Source: Moniliella sp. 'wahieum'
Taxonomy: Eukaryota
DNA length: 64,000 bases
Assembly: GCA_003971905.1 (NCBI GenBank)
Contig: RSEE01000029.1
Span: 1-64,000, forward strand
Direction: 5' to 3'
Shown: positions 1-12,800 of the stretch, piece after piece
Layout: the number at the start of each line of letters is the position of its first letter
Position numbering within the stretch: position 1 is the first letter of the stretch
Position numbers and translations under genes: made by a program
Notes under the pieces: generated by a model
What the model was told of the DNA's origin: nothing
The model's input: only the letters and a program-made list of their open reading frames with translations
The model's database searches: none

Positions 1-865
1 GGTAGATAGCGAGCTACCCGAAGGGGGGGGAGAGTTATGCCGAGGCGATAGCTCGCTATAAAATCGTCCGCTCTATGCAGCATATGCCCTCCGTTTCTCG
101 ATGGACGCACCGTTGACAAGTTCACCCACCCATCCCTAACCCTACCCAACCAACCCAACCCAACCCGCCCTAACTAGAAGGGAGCCGAGGGTAGATAGCT
201 CGCTACCGAAGGGGAGAGAGTTATGCCGAGGCGATAGCTCGCTACCCGAAGGGGAGAGAGTTATGCCGAGGCGATAGTCGCTACCCGAAGGGGAGAGAGT
301 TATGCCGAGGCGATAGCTCGCTACCCGAAGGGGAGAGAGTTATGCCGAGGCGATAGCTCGCTACCGAAGGGGAGAGAGTTATGCCGAGGCGATAGCTCGC
401 TACCCGAAGGGGAGAGAGTTATGCCGAGGCGATAGCTCGCTACCCGAAGGGGAGAGAGTTATGCCGAGGCGATAGCTCGCTACCGAAGGGAGAGAGTTAT
501 GCCGAGGCGATAGCTCGCTACGAAATCGTCCGCTCTATGCAGCATATGCCCTCCGTTTCTCGATTGGACGCACCGTGACAAGTTACACCCACCATCCCTA
601 ACCCTACCCAACCCAACCCAACCCAACCCGCCCTAACCCTAGAAGGGAGCCGAGGGTAGATAGCTCGCTACCCGAAGGGGAGAGAGTTATGCCGAGGCGA
701 TAGCTCGCTACGAAATCGTCCGCTCTATGCAGCATATGGCCTCAGATTCGCCATCCGACGCACCGTTGAGAAGTTACCCCCACCATCCCTAACCCTACCC
801 ACCCCGACCCACAACACCCACCCTCCGATGGCCTCGACGATAGCTCGCTACGAAATCGTCCGCTA
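1..865. repeat. Subtelomeric nested satellite: 40-bp unit (10 copies) within a ~190-bp higher-order repeat
   Basis: The unit GATAGCTCGCTACCCGAAGGGGAGAGAGTTATGCCGAGGC has its TTATGCCGAGG core at ~36, 221, 261, 300, 340, 379, 419, 459, 497 and 687. A ~150-bp unit starting (G)AAATCGTCCGCTCTATGCAGCATATG occurs at ~60, 522 and 712; the third copy is diverged. Confidence 0.95.
594..641 (+). repeat. Variant telomere-like tract (CCCTAA/CCCTA/CCCAA); related copies at ~133-175 and ~786-800
   Basis: The tract reads ATCCCTAACCCTACCCAACCCAACCCAACCCAACCCGCCCTAACCCT. The C-rich strand is on +, which fits a chromosome end to the left. Confidence 0.75.
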
Positions 866-3800
866 CCCGCTCCACTCCCCCTTCGATGTGGTCTGCTCGG
901 ACGATCCCGATTGCCATTTGGCTGGGCAGGGACGTGCGAAGGGGGTGTCGGACCTGCATCCGGCTCTTTTAGCGGCCGGGCGCTGCCCCTACGGGATAGC
1001 CAGGTGCTTCTGGGCAACACAGTGGACGCCTTTAACGCCGTCTGCAGCGTTTCCGGCTGCAGCGTTTCCGGCTGCAGTGCGGGTCTGGAGCGGCTGCTGC
1101 TCGTGCGAAAGGGAGAGACTAGGTTGGTAGTTTTTCTTGGCCGCAACGAGAGATGTTAGGCGACACACAGCGAGCACCCCGACGAACAACAAACAATCGA
1201 CCGCCTCCGCGCTCGGCGCCCTCGCGGAGTCCGAGGAGCAGCCGGCAGGGCAACGCCATGGACATGGCCTCGACGCGAAGCAGCTGCAGAGCATGGTGCG
1301 GCGGGACAATGGCCAAGAATGGCTGCTGCGGCGGGGACAACGGGGACGGCGGCGGTGAAGGCGGGAGGCGGGGTCGAGACGCGAGGGGACGCAGGATGCG
1401 CGACCAAAAGGCGCACTGGGTGCGCTGCGTGTCGGATTGGCGGGTCGGTAGACAAGGCGCCGAGCGTGGCAAAACGATACTGCTGTCGCCAAGAATCGGC
1501 AGCGTGGGTTGGTTCGTGGCCAGGTCCGGCCGGTAAGGACGGGCCAGCCAAGGAGGGGGTACGTGGGCCGGGACGCCACGCGCGGCGAGGGCCCAGTGGC
1601 GGGAGTGTGGTGCCGATATGGGTGCGGGTGCGGGTGTCCCCTCGGCACAGCGCTGGGCCGCTCGGTATGGCGGCGAGCGTTGGCTGGTCGCGTTGCGGCC
1701 GCCGCGTCGGTTGGCGCGCCGACGCAGTTGCAATTCATCCACATTGGCTGCGGCCACCACCAACAACCCTAGCACCCCGCTGAATTTAATCTCGTCGCGT
1801 CTGCGCGGCTTTTGCTTCTGCGCCACCAACCAGCACTGTCGGGCCGCTGCTGCAGCTCGCGTCCTAGCTTCTCCTCTCGCTGTACACCGAGCCGGATGCG
1901 TTGCTCATGGCGCCCCTTGCCTCCGCTTCTTAGTCCGCTTCTTGCTGCCCATCCTTGTCCATGCAGCGCCCGATGCGAGCGCGCGGCTGGGACGCAGGCC
2001 TAGGTGATCGGCTCCAACAGCAGGCCGAGCAAGGCGCGCTGTTCCCTCACCCTCCCATCTCGAGTCATCGCTACAAAGAACCTGGCCCTTGTGCAAACGG
2101 GACCGTGTCCTTCCCGATTCGGCTGCTTCTGCTCAACGCGTGGTCGACACGATGCGTGGCGGAATACAAATCAAACTGAAGGCGGCCGACCCTTGGGGTA
2201 GTGACAACTGGATTGTGCGTGTGGTGGCAACGAGGGCGGCAGTAGGGATTGCCCACTCCCTTTGCTAGTCAGCAGCCTGCATCGCGCACACCTCCCAGAG
2301 CCAGCGGCGCTCCAACCAAAAGACAACACCACTCGCGGAGGATTCATTTGCTGGTATTTTCCGCCTCCCATTTGCGTCGCACATTGGCCAACGCAGCGCG
2401 CCAACCTCACTCCCCGATGGAGCGTCGACAACCTCCTTGTATCGATTTTAGTTGTCTCCCCAAATCGGCCGTGCTTGGGCTCCCAAGAGCAACCATTTGC
2501 CACAAAGGCTTGGTGGCAGCTGGCGTACGCAGAAGTGGACCCATGACCTCTGAGCAGCTGTGCGTGCGTTTGGGCTTGTCGGAGTGGGGTGCAGCAACAA
2601 ACGTTTGCCACATGAACCTGGGGAGCATTCTTGACATGGATATGAGTGTTCCCTTTGCAATGCGGGTGCCAGCAAGGTCAACATTCCGGTACTTTCGCCA
2701 GCAGTTGCACTGGTAAGGTGGGGTTGGATATGGGGCCCTCCTTTGCTGTGAGGCTGCTCGTACCCCTGCTTCCTCCATCGACGAGCGAGGCTGGGTTCAT
2801 ATCGCTCATGTCCCCCGGCACGGTGTTTCGATCAAGACGGGGTTACGCTGCCATCAAGGCACACTGTTACGCTGTGTAGCATCTCGTCGTTCCGTTTCTG
2901 TTGCGTTTACATCCGAAGGGCTATCGCGCTGCCGCCTTCCTTTTGGCCTCACGGCCAGGACGAATTGCTAGATGTGCAAATCATTTTACGCTGCCTTGCC
3001 CGACGTTGGTACGTTGGTACCACTAGACCCACTATGTGTTACTCTGGTACGAAAGCACCCATGCCTCGTGTGCCACGATGTACTGACCAGCGCGCTAAAC
3101 AGGTACAAATAAGCCTGCCGGAGCCGAGTAGCCGATGGAAACAAGCAAGTGATCACCCCACCATCTGCAGAGCCATTCCTTGATACCAAATTAAAACATC
3201 CGCCAGGCAGCGGCAACCTCGGATGGTGGGGTCCCGCCGCCCAACTGGCCTGGCATCGTTCCCAATGAGCCCAATGGACACGCTTTGCAAGAGAGTTTGA
3301 GGTCCATTATAAAGACGCGGATCAAACCATTGCAAGCTTATACCGCGTCGTTGTGTCGGTGAAGAAGGAGATGCGTATCCGGAGATGGCCTCGCTCAAGC
3401 TTGAGGAAGGGGGGTGCAGCATGGTGGTATGCGACCAACAGGATGCAAAGAAGTGCTGCTACTGATCGGCCCTCATTATGTGCTTGGTCGCGGCGCTCAC
3501 CCCTCTCGAGGATTGCCGTTCCAGGATGGGCCGAGCGCGCCAACTTTTTTTCGCGTGGATGTTAATGCGTGTACGTGGTCCATATTCTTCTGTCGTGGCA
3601 CAAGTTACTGACATTTCTCAATGATCAGGCGCAGTCCTGGAGGCAATCGGGTCGCATGCATCACGCAGTCCTTCACCTCGTCACGTCAACGCCCCCAGCC
3701 AGTCATTCAAAGTATTGAGGGTACGCCGACAAGGCGCTGTCCTTTCTGGCTATCGGTGCTGCTCCACAAGCCAAGCAAGTCCGGCTTCGCACTCCTTCGG

Positions 3801-6800
3801 TTCCGCAGATAAGGAAGGCCCTCAAGTTGCTATCGAGGCACAAGTGCTGTCCGATGATATTCTGTTATGCGGGGCCGGTACGAACGTGGAGAACGGGTGC
3901 GGGGTGCGAGCGGCCGCAGTGGATTGCCTTTCACACAGTCACAGCACTACGAAAGAAGATGGGGTTAGGCGGCGACAGGCTTGCCTGTTGCCCAGAGAAC
4001 GCTTTTTCTGACCGAGCAGGCCGTCCCAGCCGCAGTTCCCTGGCTCCGCCCGTGCAAAAGGCCAGGGCTGTCGTGGCCATACAGGGGGTGAAGGGTGCCG
4101 CATCTCGAACCCTTGAAGAGGATGCAGAGGGTGTGGGCAGTGTCAATGAGTCTCGCTCTCGATTGAATATTGCTGATTGATGCGACGCTTGGTCCGCTGC
4201 GCTTGCCATTCGGGTGGGCTGTCGACCACCCACCCCCAAGCCGTGTCGGAGTGCATCCTCAGCCTCACATCCTCTGTCTGCCATTCCTAATCATTCGCCA
4301 CTCCTTATCATTCACATTTCCTCGTCCCCCTCTCCCAACCCTCGCCCCCCGGTGCTCCTGGGCGGGTACCCACTCAGCCAGCTCCTGGTACGGCTCTTGC
4401 GGCATGCCCTTGTGCATGCAAAGATAGCGGCTGACATGCGACAGCCGTCGTTGGAACAGCGGCCCAGTTAGTCGCTCGAATTGTCTCGTTCCACCTGTCC
4501 CGCAACAATCACTGCCCCGCGAGCGCATGTGTACCACAGGTCCTAAGCAAGAGAAGCAAGGCGGTGGGTATGCCATCCCATCAATCTGGTCTGGCTTAAT
4601 GGCCTTCTGACAACTTGTGTCCCAAGTGGGTCTAAACTGTCTTGCTCGTGCTTGCTTGTGTGTTACGTGCACATTTAAGGCGCATCATCTTGGGGAACTC
4701 GTTGCTGGCACTGCATCCTGGAAAGCCAAACGTGTCCATTCATTCCTTGCGGCTGTCCGGCATATATCGCAGCGATCCCGCCACACAGACGCCTCTGTAC
4801 CCCAGCCCAAGGGGCATCATTCACCATCAAACGACCGCGTGGCGACTGCATGTTGGGGACTGGTTCCGCTATTCTTCCAGTGCGGCGGCGCAGCTTCATG
4901 AGGCCCTGGTACTATTTGCGTGCAGTGCTGTACACCTTTTCCATGTCCTACAAAGTCGCCGCTGTTACCAACGATTGGACTAGCTGCTGCCGATATGAGC
5001 GGCTTCTCAGCAGCGCGTAGTGCGCACATTCACTTCGACAAAGCTTGCTGGCCCAGGTTGTGGTGTTATGGTACGTTGCCCCCGCTCTCTTGTACTCCAG
5101 TTCCTGACAAGCGACGCAGCCCAAACACGGCACCAGCAGTAATTGGAACGAATGTGCTTGCCCAAAGAAACTGGCCGAATCAATGACCCTTATCCACAGC
5201 ATGCGACGCATACGCGGTGCAAGTGCAGGCACTGCTCTGCTGGCCGATGGGCAGCTGCCCTCGCAAGGCAAGTGGGCGCATTACTCTCCTATGTTGTACG
5301 GAAGGCGCGGGTTGGGCTTTGCGCAGCAAGGGACGTGCGAAACCGCCTGCTTCAGCAGCTGTGCGCCGGGCCTGTGTAGTATCGGCCTGTGCCTGGCCAA
5401 CACGGCGAGTGCCTTGCCGCTGTCGGCAACGCTCCCTGCTGCAGTGCAAGTCTACAGGGCTGCTACGGCGGCAGCGGACGCACGCCGAGCAGCCCCGCAA
5501 GCAACCGCACTCGACCGTCTTTGCGCGAGACGCGCAGAAAGGGCTGCTCCCGTCGCGGGTTAATGTTTAACGTGTGTTTGCCGCCGCGCTTGGCGCGCAG
5601 AAGCTCCTCCACATTGGCCGCGGCCACCCCGCCCAAGCCCCCTCCCCGACTCTGGCCTGGCTGCGTTTAGGACCGCTTTGCCTCTCCACGACCAACCCGC
5701 TGGGACTCTGCTATGGCTCATGTCCTTGCTTCCTTCTCGCGCTGCGCACCAAGCCGGATGCGTGCTCACGGGGGCCCACGCCCCTCGGCTCCGCTTTTTG
5801 CTGTCCATCCTTGTCGATGCAGTGCCTGAACAGGCATGTTGCGTTACCGAGCTCGTCACGATGCGCAGCGGTGGAATGCCCTGGAGGCGACCCACCCATG
5901 GGATGCCGTATCTTTGATGTGGTGATTCCTGTACGTGTCTATCTCCTTCTGCTGAAACCCAAGTTGCTGACGTTTCACCTTAGCTGGACGCAGCTCTAGA
6001 GGCAATGTGCGCGCACTCAAGCAGCCTGGACTCGCCACGTCAACGCCCCCCCAGCCAGTTGGGCAAGGCGCCAATACAGGGAATATTGGCAAAGGCAGGG
6101 CACGCCTTCCTCCCCCTGCGGATGCGCCAGCAGCGACGGCCTCTACGGCTGGCGAAGAGCAGAAGCTGCTCGCTGCTGTTGTGTTGGGGAATGGGCGCGT
6201 AGAACAGGTCCGGGTGGGGGGCGTGGCTGCTCTCATTACCCTCGTTGGGCCCTGAAGAGGATGGAGACGGGGTGGGTAGTGTCAATGAGCCTCACTCTGG
6301 ATTGGATACTGATCGTGGATGTGACTGCCTCGCTGGACGCGTTTGTTGATCAGGTGGACTGGCGACCACCACCTAACCCGAGCTGTGCCAAAATGAATCC
6401 TCCACCTCGCTCCTTTGTTCACCACTCGCAGCAGGGTTGTCGCCCCATTGCGCCTCCCTGTGTTCTCCCTTCCCCAACTCGCGGCCCCTACACCTCCGCT
6501 GCCCCGCACAGACGGGCCAGCTCATTTCCAGAGTGGCTGGGTGTCCCTCAACATGGAAACCGCATTGGTCCCCACGGAGACTTACCGAATGGGTCGAATT
6601 CCCGGCCTTGTTCCAGCAGCAGGTCCAAGCTCTTCTCAGTCACACTCGCGGCGGAGACCGCACCGACCTTCACGATACGCAATCCCTTCCACACGGCGAA
6701 CGCATTCCTCACCTCACGCTTGCTGTTGCCCACCGTCAGCGCCTTTCATACCAAAGCCAAAAACGATGATCTGCGCGACCCTACCCAATACCGGGGTCAT

Positions 6801-6907
6801 TATTCTCTCTACTGGTTTTACATGTACGACGACGACCCCTACCCGCACTTCCTCTGGTATGATGTACTGACCGACGCGCTTGTGCAGGCCCGAACGTACA
6901 AGCACGG

Positions 6908-7291
6908 GTGTGCTGGCGGAGATGGATCATGAAGAGTGTCCGAGAACTAGGGCAAGGACATGGATCAAACCGCTGCCCGCTTTCGTTTGTGTGGAAGATG
7001 TTAGCGGTACTTTTGGAAGCTGCCAAGTCATATGCTTCCAGGCTCCGCCTCGTCTTAGGGCCACTATCCTACTGCTGTATATTAGAGCACTCTCTCTCTC
7101 CTCTCCCAGATGGGAATCAAGTCCAAGGGAGAGTGGGGCAGATTGTGCGTCTGCTGGACATTTCGTCACAGAAGGCGATCGAGGCAAAGGGCCCGAGCAA
7201 GAAAAGGTTCCAAAACGCAGCGTGCAAGATCCGCAAACGCAACGTGCCAAGATCGTGGGCTTCTGCATTGGGACTAGTATCACCTGACTGA
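6908..7291 (+). pseudogene. Fragment of an unidentified multicopy subtelomeric gene (other copies ~11650-12060 and ~17270-17780)
   Basis: One frame shows mostly conservative changes across three copies: EAAKSYASRLRLVLGPLSYCCILEH / EAAKSYTSKLRLVLGSRSYCCIFGY / EAAKTYTSRFCLVLGPISYCRIVEH. GQIVRLLDISSQKAIEAKGPS and VPRSWASAL.LVSPD* are also conserved. Confidence 0.45.
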
Positions 7292-8599
7292 TGTTCTTGC
7301 GGGCCAAGAATGCGGATCAAACGGCTCGCTACCCCTGCCTAAAATGCCTCCCGTTGCCCCACCGGTTGTTCACTTTGCGATTCATGCTTGCAGCAGCCCC
7401 TCCGCCATCGTTTTCGCTCGGGCGGAGAAACGAATCTAGCACGGGCCAAACTCCCGTGGGTTGGTGAGCAGCAATGGCACGAGGAAGTCATCCGGGCGAC
7501 GATCGGGGCAATGTTGTCGCTCAATGGTAGGACCAAATTGACATCCCGATCCGTCACTTTGGGCAGATCACTCCTGCTCTCCTGTTGACTTTGCTCCACC
7601 GGCCAACGCATTCACTTGGGCAGCGAGGCGAACGTACGGGTGGACCAGGTGATCGGCAGCCAACCAGAGGGGTCCGAGCCTGCTCCTCGTCCTGGCACAA
7701 GAAACAGACCACGGTTTTGCTCGCCCATCAGCATACAAAGCTGCTGCCTCCTGTGACTTCATCGCTTCGGCTCCTGGCTGATCGAGAAAGCCGAAGTGCT
7801 TGATCGGAACTGGAGATCGGTGGTGCCTCCAAACGAGCGTTCGCTTTTCCTGGCCACGGGATCATGGCTGGGTACGGGACATTCCGGCCACTGTGGTAAA
7901 GCCCGACCGATTCAACAATCCGGAGCGAATTGGACGCTCCCACGCCACTGTCACCGTCGCTGAGGTCACGATTGCAAACGCAGGTACTCCAAAGAGTCCA
8001 TCCATATCGAACAGCCTAACCCTTTGGTCCTCGGAGACAAGACGCGCGACCTATCCTACGTCGTTTCTGCCATCGGCTCGCCTCCGTCCCTCCGGCACAC
8101 GCGCTGTGCAAGAAGGAAATGAACGCCTTGTTCGACACGGAGGCCAAAGCAAGGCACCAACGTACAATCCTTGTGCAATGGGTGACTAGCTCTGTTCCCT
8201 TGGTCTTCGCTGCGGTTGACTACGCCTGTGGTTAGTCCAGGGCTGCTTTGGCGACTCCTAGTGGAGAGCAAGCTTCGGTTGCCTTTGCGCATTCACCTTG
8301 CGCTCGGACTCTTGCGCGGTGCGAGCTCAGGTATAGGATCACCCCATCCAAATGCACCACTCCTTTAAGACATGGATCAAGGGGCTTTTACTTGATTTCC
8401 CCGCCGACCACATTGCCAAACCACAGCCTAGGAGGCGAACTATGCATTCGCGGTGCTTTGGCTGCCCAAGAATGCAAGACGAGCAAGATGTGTATGCGCA
8501 GAACGTTCTGGACTGCGTGCGTACTTTAGCTACGAAAGTGTCCAAGGCACTCTTGAATGGAGATGGAGCGGGCAATGGAAAACGTATTCCTTCTCCACG

Positions 8600-9800
8600 T
8601 TTCCATCGCCACCTTCTCCTCCGCCTTGCTGCCGTCTGGAGGTCGTGGCGAATCACGTTGCCCCTTCCGTGATGCGCGTGAACTAGGCCGGTGGGAACTA
8701 GCGTAACATCAACAGCTCAGGCGCGCACGCGTCAAGCCAGGCAGTCGGTTGGGGGCTGCAGCCCAATCTGGCACCCGAAGCGGACAACCCGGCAGTTTCG
8801 ATTCTCCACCATTGGAATGGTGGAGTGCGCTGTGCCCTCGCTGCCGGGCAGCACAATGGTACGCGTCGGTTCAAGGAGGCGGCCGGTCAATTGGGAAGAG
8901 CTTATTTGGACCATCCCGACGATTATGCCGTGTTCAAACTGCTTGCCCTGCGGGCAGGCCTGGGGGGGGGGGGGCTCTTCGGCCGACGGTTGTGCCACCC
9001 TCAAGGTCTATCCGGAGGTGGCTTGGCCGCCAGCTATGGAGAAGGGCTCTGCAGGGCGCCAGCGTTCGATGATTTGACTCGTGCACGCCGCCAGGCCAAA
9101 GAGGGCATGATTCGGGCGAGCGCGGCGCGTATGCTGCGTCCCCAGATGCGGCGGTGGGTTTGGGCCGGAAATGGTTGAGTCACTGCGTGCGTGGTTGCGG
9201 CGGCTTTGGAACTCTCCTTAGCCAGCAGGGGAGTGAGGCATTATTCTTCTTCTCTGTCGGCATTCGCAGCATGCTGGAGCAGGCTCAGCGCGCGCTGGGC
9301 GACGATGGGTTCGTGGTGTCCTATTTGGACGACACTTGTGTATTGTCGCGCAACGCCAATGCGTTGCAGCTGGTCTCGCGTGTCGTGGCACAGAGCAAGA
9401 CGGGGCTGGAACTCAACCTGAGCAAGACGAAAACTGTCTCGCAGCAGAAGTTGCATCTGGGGGGCGGCACCTTCCTCGGCTCGTGCGTGGGTCCCAGAGA
9501 AGCGCGGCTCGCTTTCCTGCAGGCAAAGGTGGAGGCACAGGCGGCGCTTTACCCCTCCTTGCACGGGATGTCGCTGGAGGACCGCTTGCTCTTGTTGCGC
9601 GTGGCTTTGCAGCAGAACCTGTGGCACTCCTCCGCTCGATGCGGACGGACGACCTGGCGGACCAGCTCCACCAGATTGACGAGCAGCTCTCGCGCGAGGT
9701 GAGGCAATCGGGGGAGCGGATCCGAGGAGGACGCTCAGAAGTGGCACAGGGTTCTGTTCTCCTTGCCAACCCGTATGGGTGGCTTAGGCGTTCGGGCGCC
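8600..9800 (+). mobile_element. CRE-clade (Cnl1/MoTeR/SLACS-like) non-LTR retrotransposon relic, internally deleted and 3'-truncated
   Basis: RT motifs are present: FFSVGIRSMLE..LG...VVSYLDD (YLDD at 9322-9333), GLELNLSKT, LGSCVG, RLLLLR..LQQNL.HLLR and the thumb LPTRMG. Upstream are the CRE-type motifs FKEAAGQLGRAYLDHP...FKLLAL, LKVYPEVAWP and RARRQAKEG. The first RT subdomains and the C-terminal endonuclease are missing. Confidence 0.8.
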
Positions 9801-12800
9801 AACAGTGGTGGCATTCCGGTTGGTCTATCCACAGCTACTGGTAAGGTGGGATTGGATATGATGCCTTCCATTGCAATGAGGCTACTCGTACCCTGATGAG
9901 ACTGGGCTCACATCGCTCCTGTCCCCCAGGGTGGTGCCGTGGCCAAGATGGAATCGACGCTGTGATCAAGGCACACCTTGACGCGATGTGGTATATCGTC
10001 AGTCGCTTCTGTAATCCGGCACACCTCTCGCGCCCCCACCTGCGCTGCCGTCCTACCACCACGCCGGATTGCCAGACGTGCTAATCCATTTTCACACTAT
10101 CATATCGATGTACCCACTATCTGTTCATCAGGTACGAAGTCACCCAAGCCTTGCTGTGGTGTAATGTATGACCAGTGCGTTAAACAGGTGCGAATATGCT
10201 AGACGGTGGAGAACAGCCGATGGAAAAGCAAGTGATCGGCCCCGCTCTCTCCAGAGGTATCGCTCCGCATCAGGTTAAAAACACCCGCCAGGCAACGACA
10301 AAGGATGGTGGCGGGGCCGGTTGCGAGGGCCCGTCCAACGTAACTGGAGGGCGCTGCAGATGAAAACAACAACAGACAAGAACTGCAAAACCTAGAGGTG
10401 CAAGATAAAGGCATGGATCGAGTCATTACCAGCTTCGCGCAATGTGGTGCAGGAATCAGGGAACGCGCATCTACAGATCGCCTCGCTCAAGCCCGCGGAA
10501 TGAGGGTCAGACATGGGATGGCCAACAGATGAAAAGCAGGTGCCACTAGTGGTTGTCCTTCGTGATGTGCTCAGCCGCGGTGCCCGCCTCTCCTTGGGCT
10601 TACCTACCGACCCATGATGGGTCCAGCGCACCCACTGTGTTGGTGGGGATACTGTACGTTATTCATATCCCTCTGCGGTGGCCCAGGTTGCTGACTTTTC
10701 GCATTGTCCAGACGCAGTCGAAGCGCTCACATTCTATAGCCGTTGCCACATCAACGTCCCTCAGCAGTCGAGCAAAGCGCCCAAGGAGAGTGTGCCTCCG
10801 CTGTGCACTTTGGCCATAGGCAGCACCATTGGCAAAGTCAAGGCACGCTTCCCGCCTCCTGCGGATGCGCCAGCAGGGAAAGCAGCTATGGCTGGCGAAG
10901 AGCAGATCCAGCTCTGCTCGATGCTGCTGTGCTACGGGACAGGCGCGTAGGTAGGGCAGGTCCGGGGTACGTGCAGCTCTTCATCCCCCTCGCTGGATCC
11001 CTGAAGAGGATGGAGACGGGGTTGATGAGCCTCCATCTCGATTGGATACCAACCATGGATGTGACTGCCTCGCTGAACGCGCTTGTTGATCAGGTGGACT
11101 GGCGACCACCACCTACCCCGAGCTGTACCAAAGTGAATCCTCCATCTCGCCTCTTTTGCTCGAAACTCGCAGCAGGGCTGTGGCCCCATTGCGTCTCGCT
11201 CTGTTCTCCCCTCCGATGTCGCGCCCCCCACGCCACCGCTGCCCGCACAGACCGGCCAGGTCCTCACCCAGTATGGCTGGGTGTTCCTTAATATGGAACC
11301 CGCATTGATCCCCACCCCAAACTGATCGAAAATGGGTCGAACTCTCGGCCTGGTCCCAGCAGCAGCCCCAAGCTCTTCCCCGACACTCCCGGTGCTGGCC
11401 GCAATGACCGCCACGACGCACAAGCCGTTTCGCACCGCGAACGCATTCCCCACCTCAACCTTACTGTCGCTGACCATCAGCGCCATTCATACTAAAGACG
11501 AAAACAAATATCCGCACCATCCTACTCAATGCCACGACGATGATTCGCTCTACTGTTTTACATGTACGACGACGATCCCCACGCACACTTCCTCTGGTTT
11601 GATGTACTGAACGACGCGCTTGTGCAGGCCGGAACGTACAGGCACGGGTAGGCAGACGGAGATGGATCTTCGAGAGTGTCCGAGCACTAGTGCAACAACA
11701 TGGATCAAACCAGTGCCCGCTTTTCATTTATGTGGGAGATGTTAGTGGTTCCTGTGGAAGCTGCCAAATCGTATACCTCCAAGCTCCGTCTCGTCTTGGG
11801 TTCAAGATCCTACTGCTGCATATTCGGGTACGCTCTCCCCTCTTCTCCCAAATGGGAATCAAGTCCAAGGGATAGTGGGGCAAATTGTGCGTCGGTTGGA
11901 CATATCTTTACAGAAGGCGATCGAGGCGAAGGGCCCGAGTGAACAAGAAAAGGTTCCAATGTGTAACGTGGCTCGACTTGAAAAGGCAATGTGGAAGATG
12001 TCCAAGTGCAATGTACCAAGATCATGGGCTTCTGCATTGGTGATTGTATCACCTGACTGATGCTCTTGCGAGTCAAGAATGTTGATCAAACCACTCGCTA
12101 CCCCTGCCTGCAATCCCTCCATTGCCCCAGCGGTTGTTCATTTTGTGGTTCGTGCTTGCAGCAACCCCTCCGCCATCTGTTTCGCTCGAGGCGGAGAAAC
12201 GGATCTGGCACGGGCCAAACTCCCTGGGTAAGTGAGCAGCGATGGTACGAGGCAAGTCATCCGGGGCGACAATCGGGGCAATGTGGTCGGTCAATGGTAG
12301 GACCAAGTTGGCATCGCGATGCCCGTCGCTTTGGGCAGATCACTTCTGCTCTTTCCTCTTGGCTTTGCTCCACAGGCCAACGCATCGACTTGGGCAGCGA
12401 GGCGAACGTATGGGTGGACCAGGTGATCGGCAGCCAACCAGAGGGATTCGCGCACGCTCCTCGTCCTGGCACAAGGAAAAGATGACGGTTTTGCTCGCCT
12501 GCCAGCATACGAAGCTGCTGCCTGCTGTGACTACGTCGCTCGGCTCCTGGCTGATCGAGAAAGCAGAAGCGCTCGATCCCAGCTGGGGGTCGGTGGTGCC
12601 CTCAAATCCAGCGTTCACATTTCCTGGCCACGGGGTCATGACTGGGTTGCGGGACATTCCGGGCACTATGGTAGAGCCCGAGCCATTCAACAACCGCAGC
12701 GAGTCCGGCGCTCCTACGCCACTGTCACCCGCGCTGAGATCGCGATGGCAAACGCAGGTGCTCCAAAGAGCCCATCCATATCCAACGGCCTAACCCCTTC

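Noticed and set aside
190..520. CRISPR-like array of palindromic repeats
   Set aside because: The units are head-to-tail with no unique spacers, there are no cas genes, and the context is eukaryotic.
1000..6000. Telomere-linked RecQ helicase, expected at many fungal chromosome ends
   Set aside because: No Walker A, DEAH or other helicase motifs are visible in any listed ORF.
9893..9915. Hammerhead ribozyme core CTGATGAG...CTC (also at ~14899)
   Set aside because: The required GAAA after stem II is absent (ACATCG/ATATCG instead), and no stems I/III were found.
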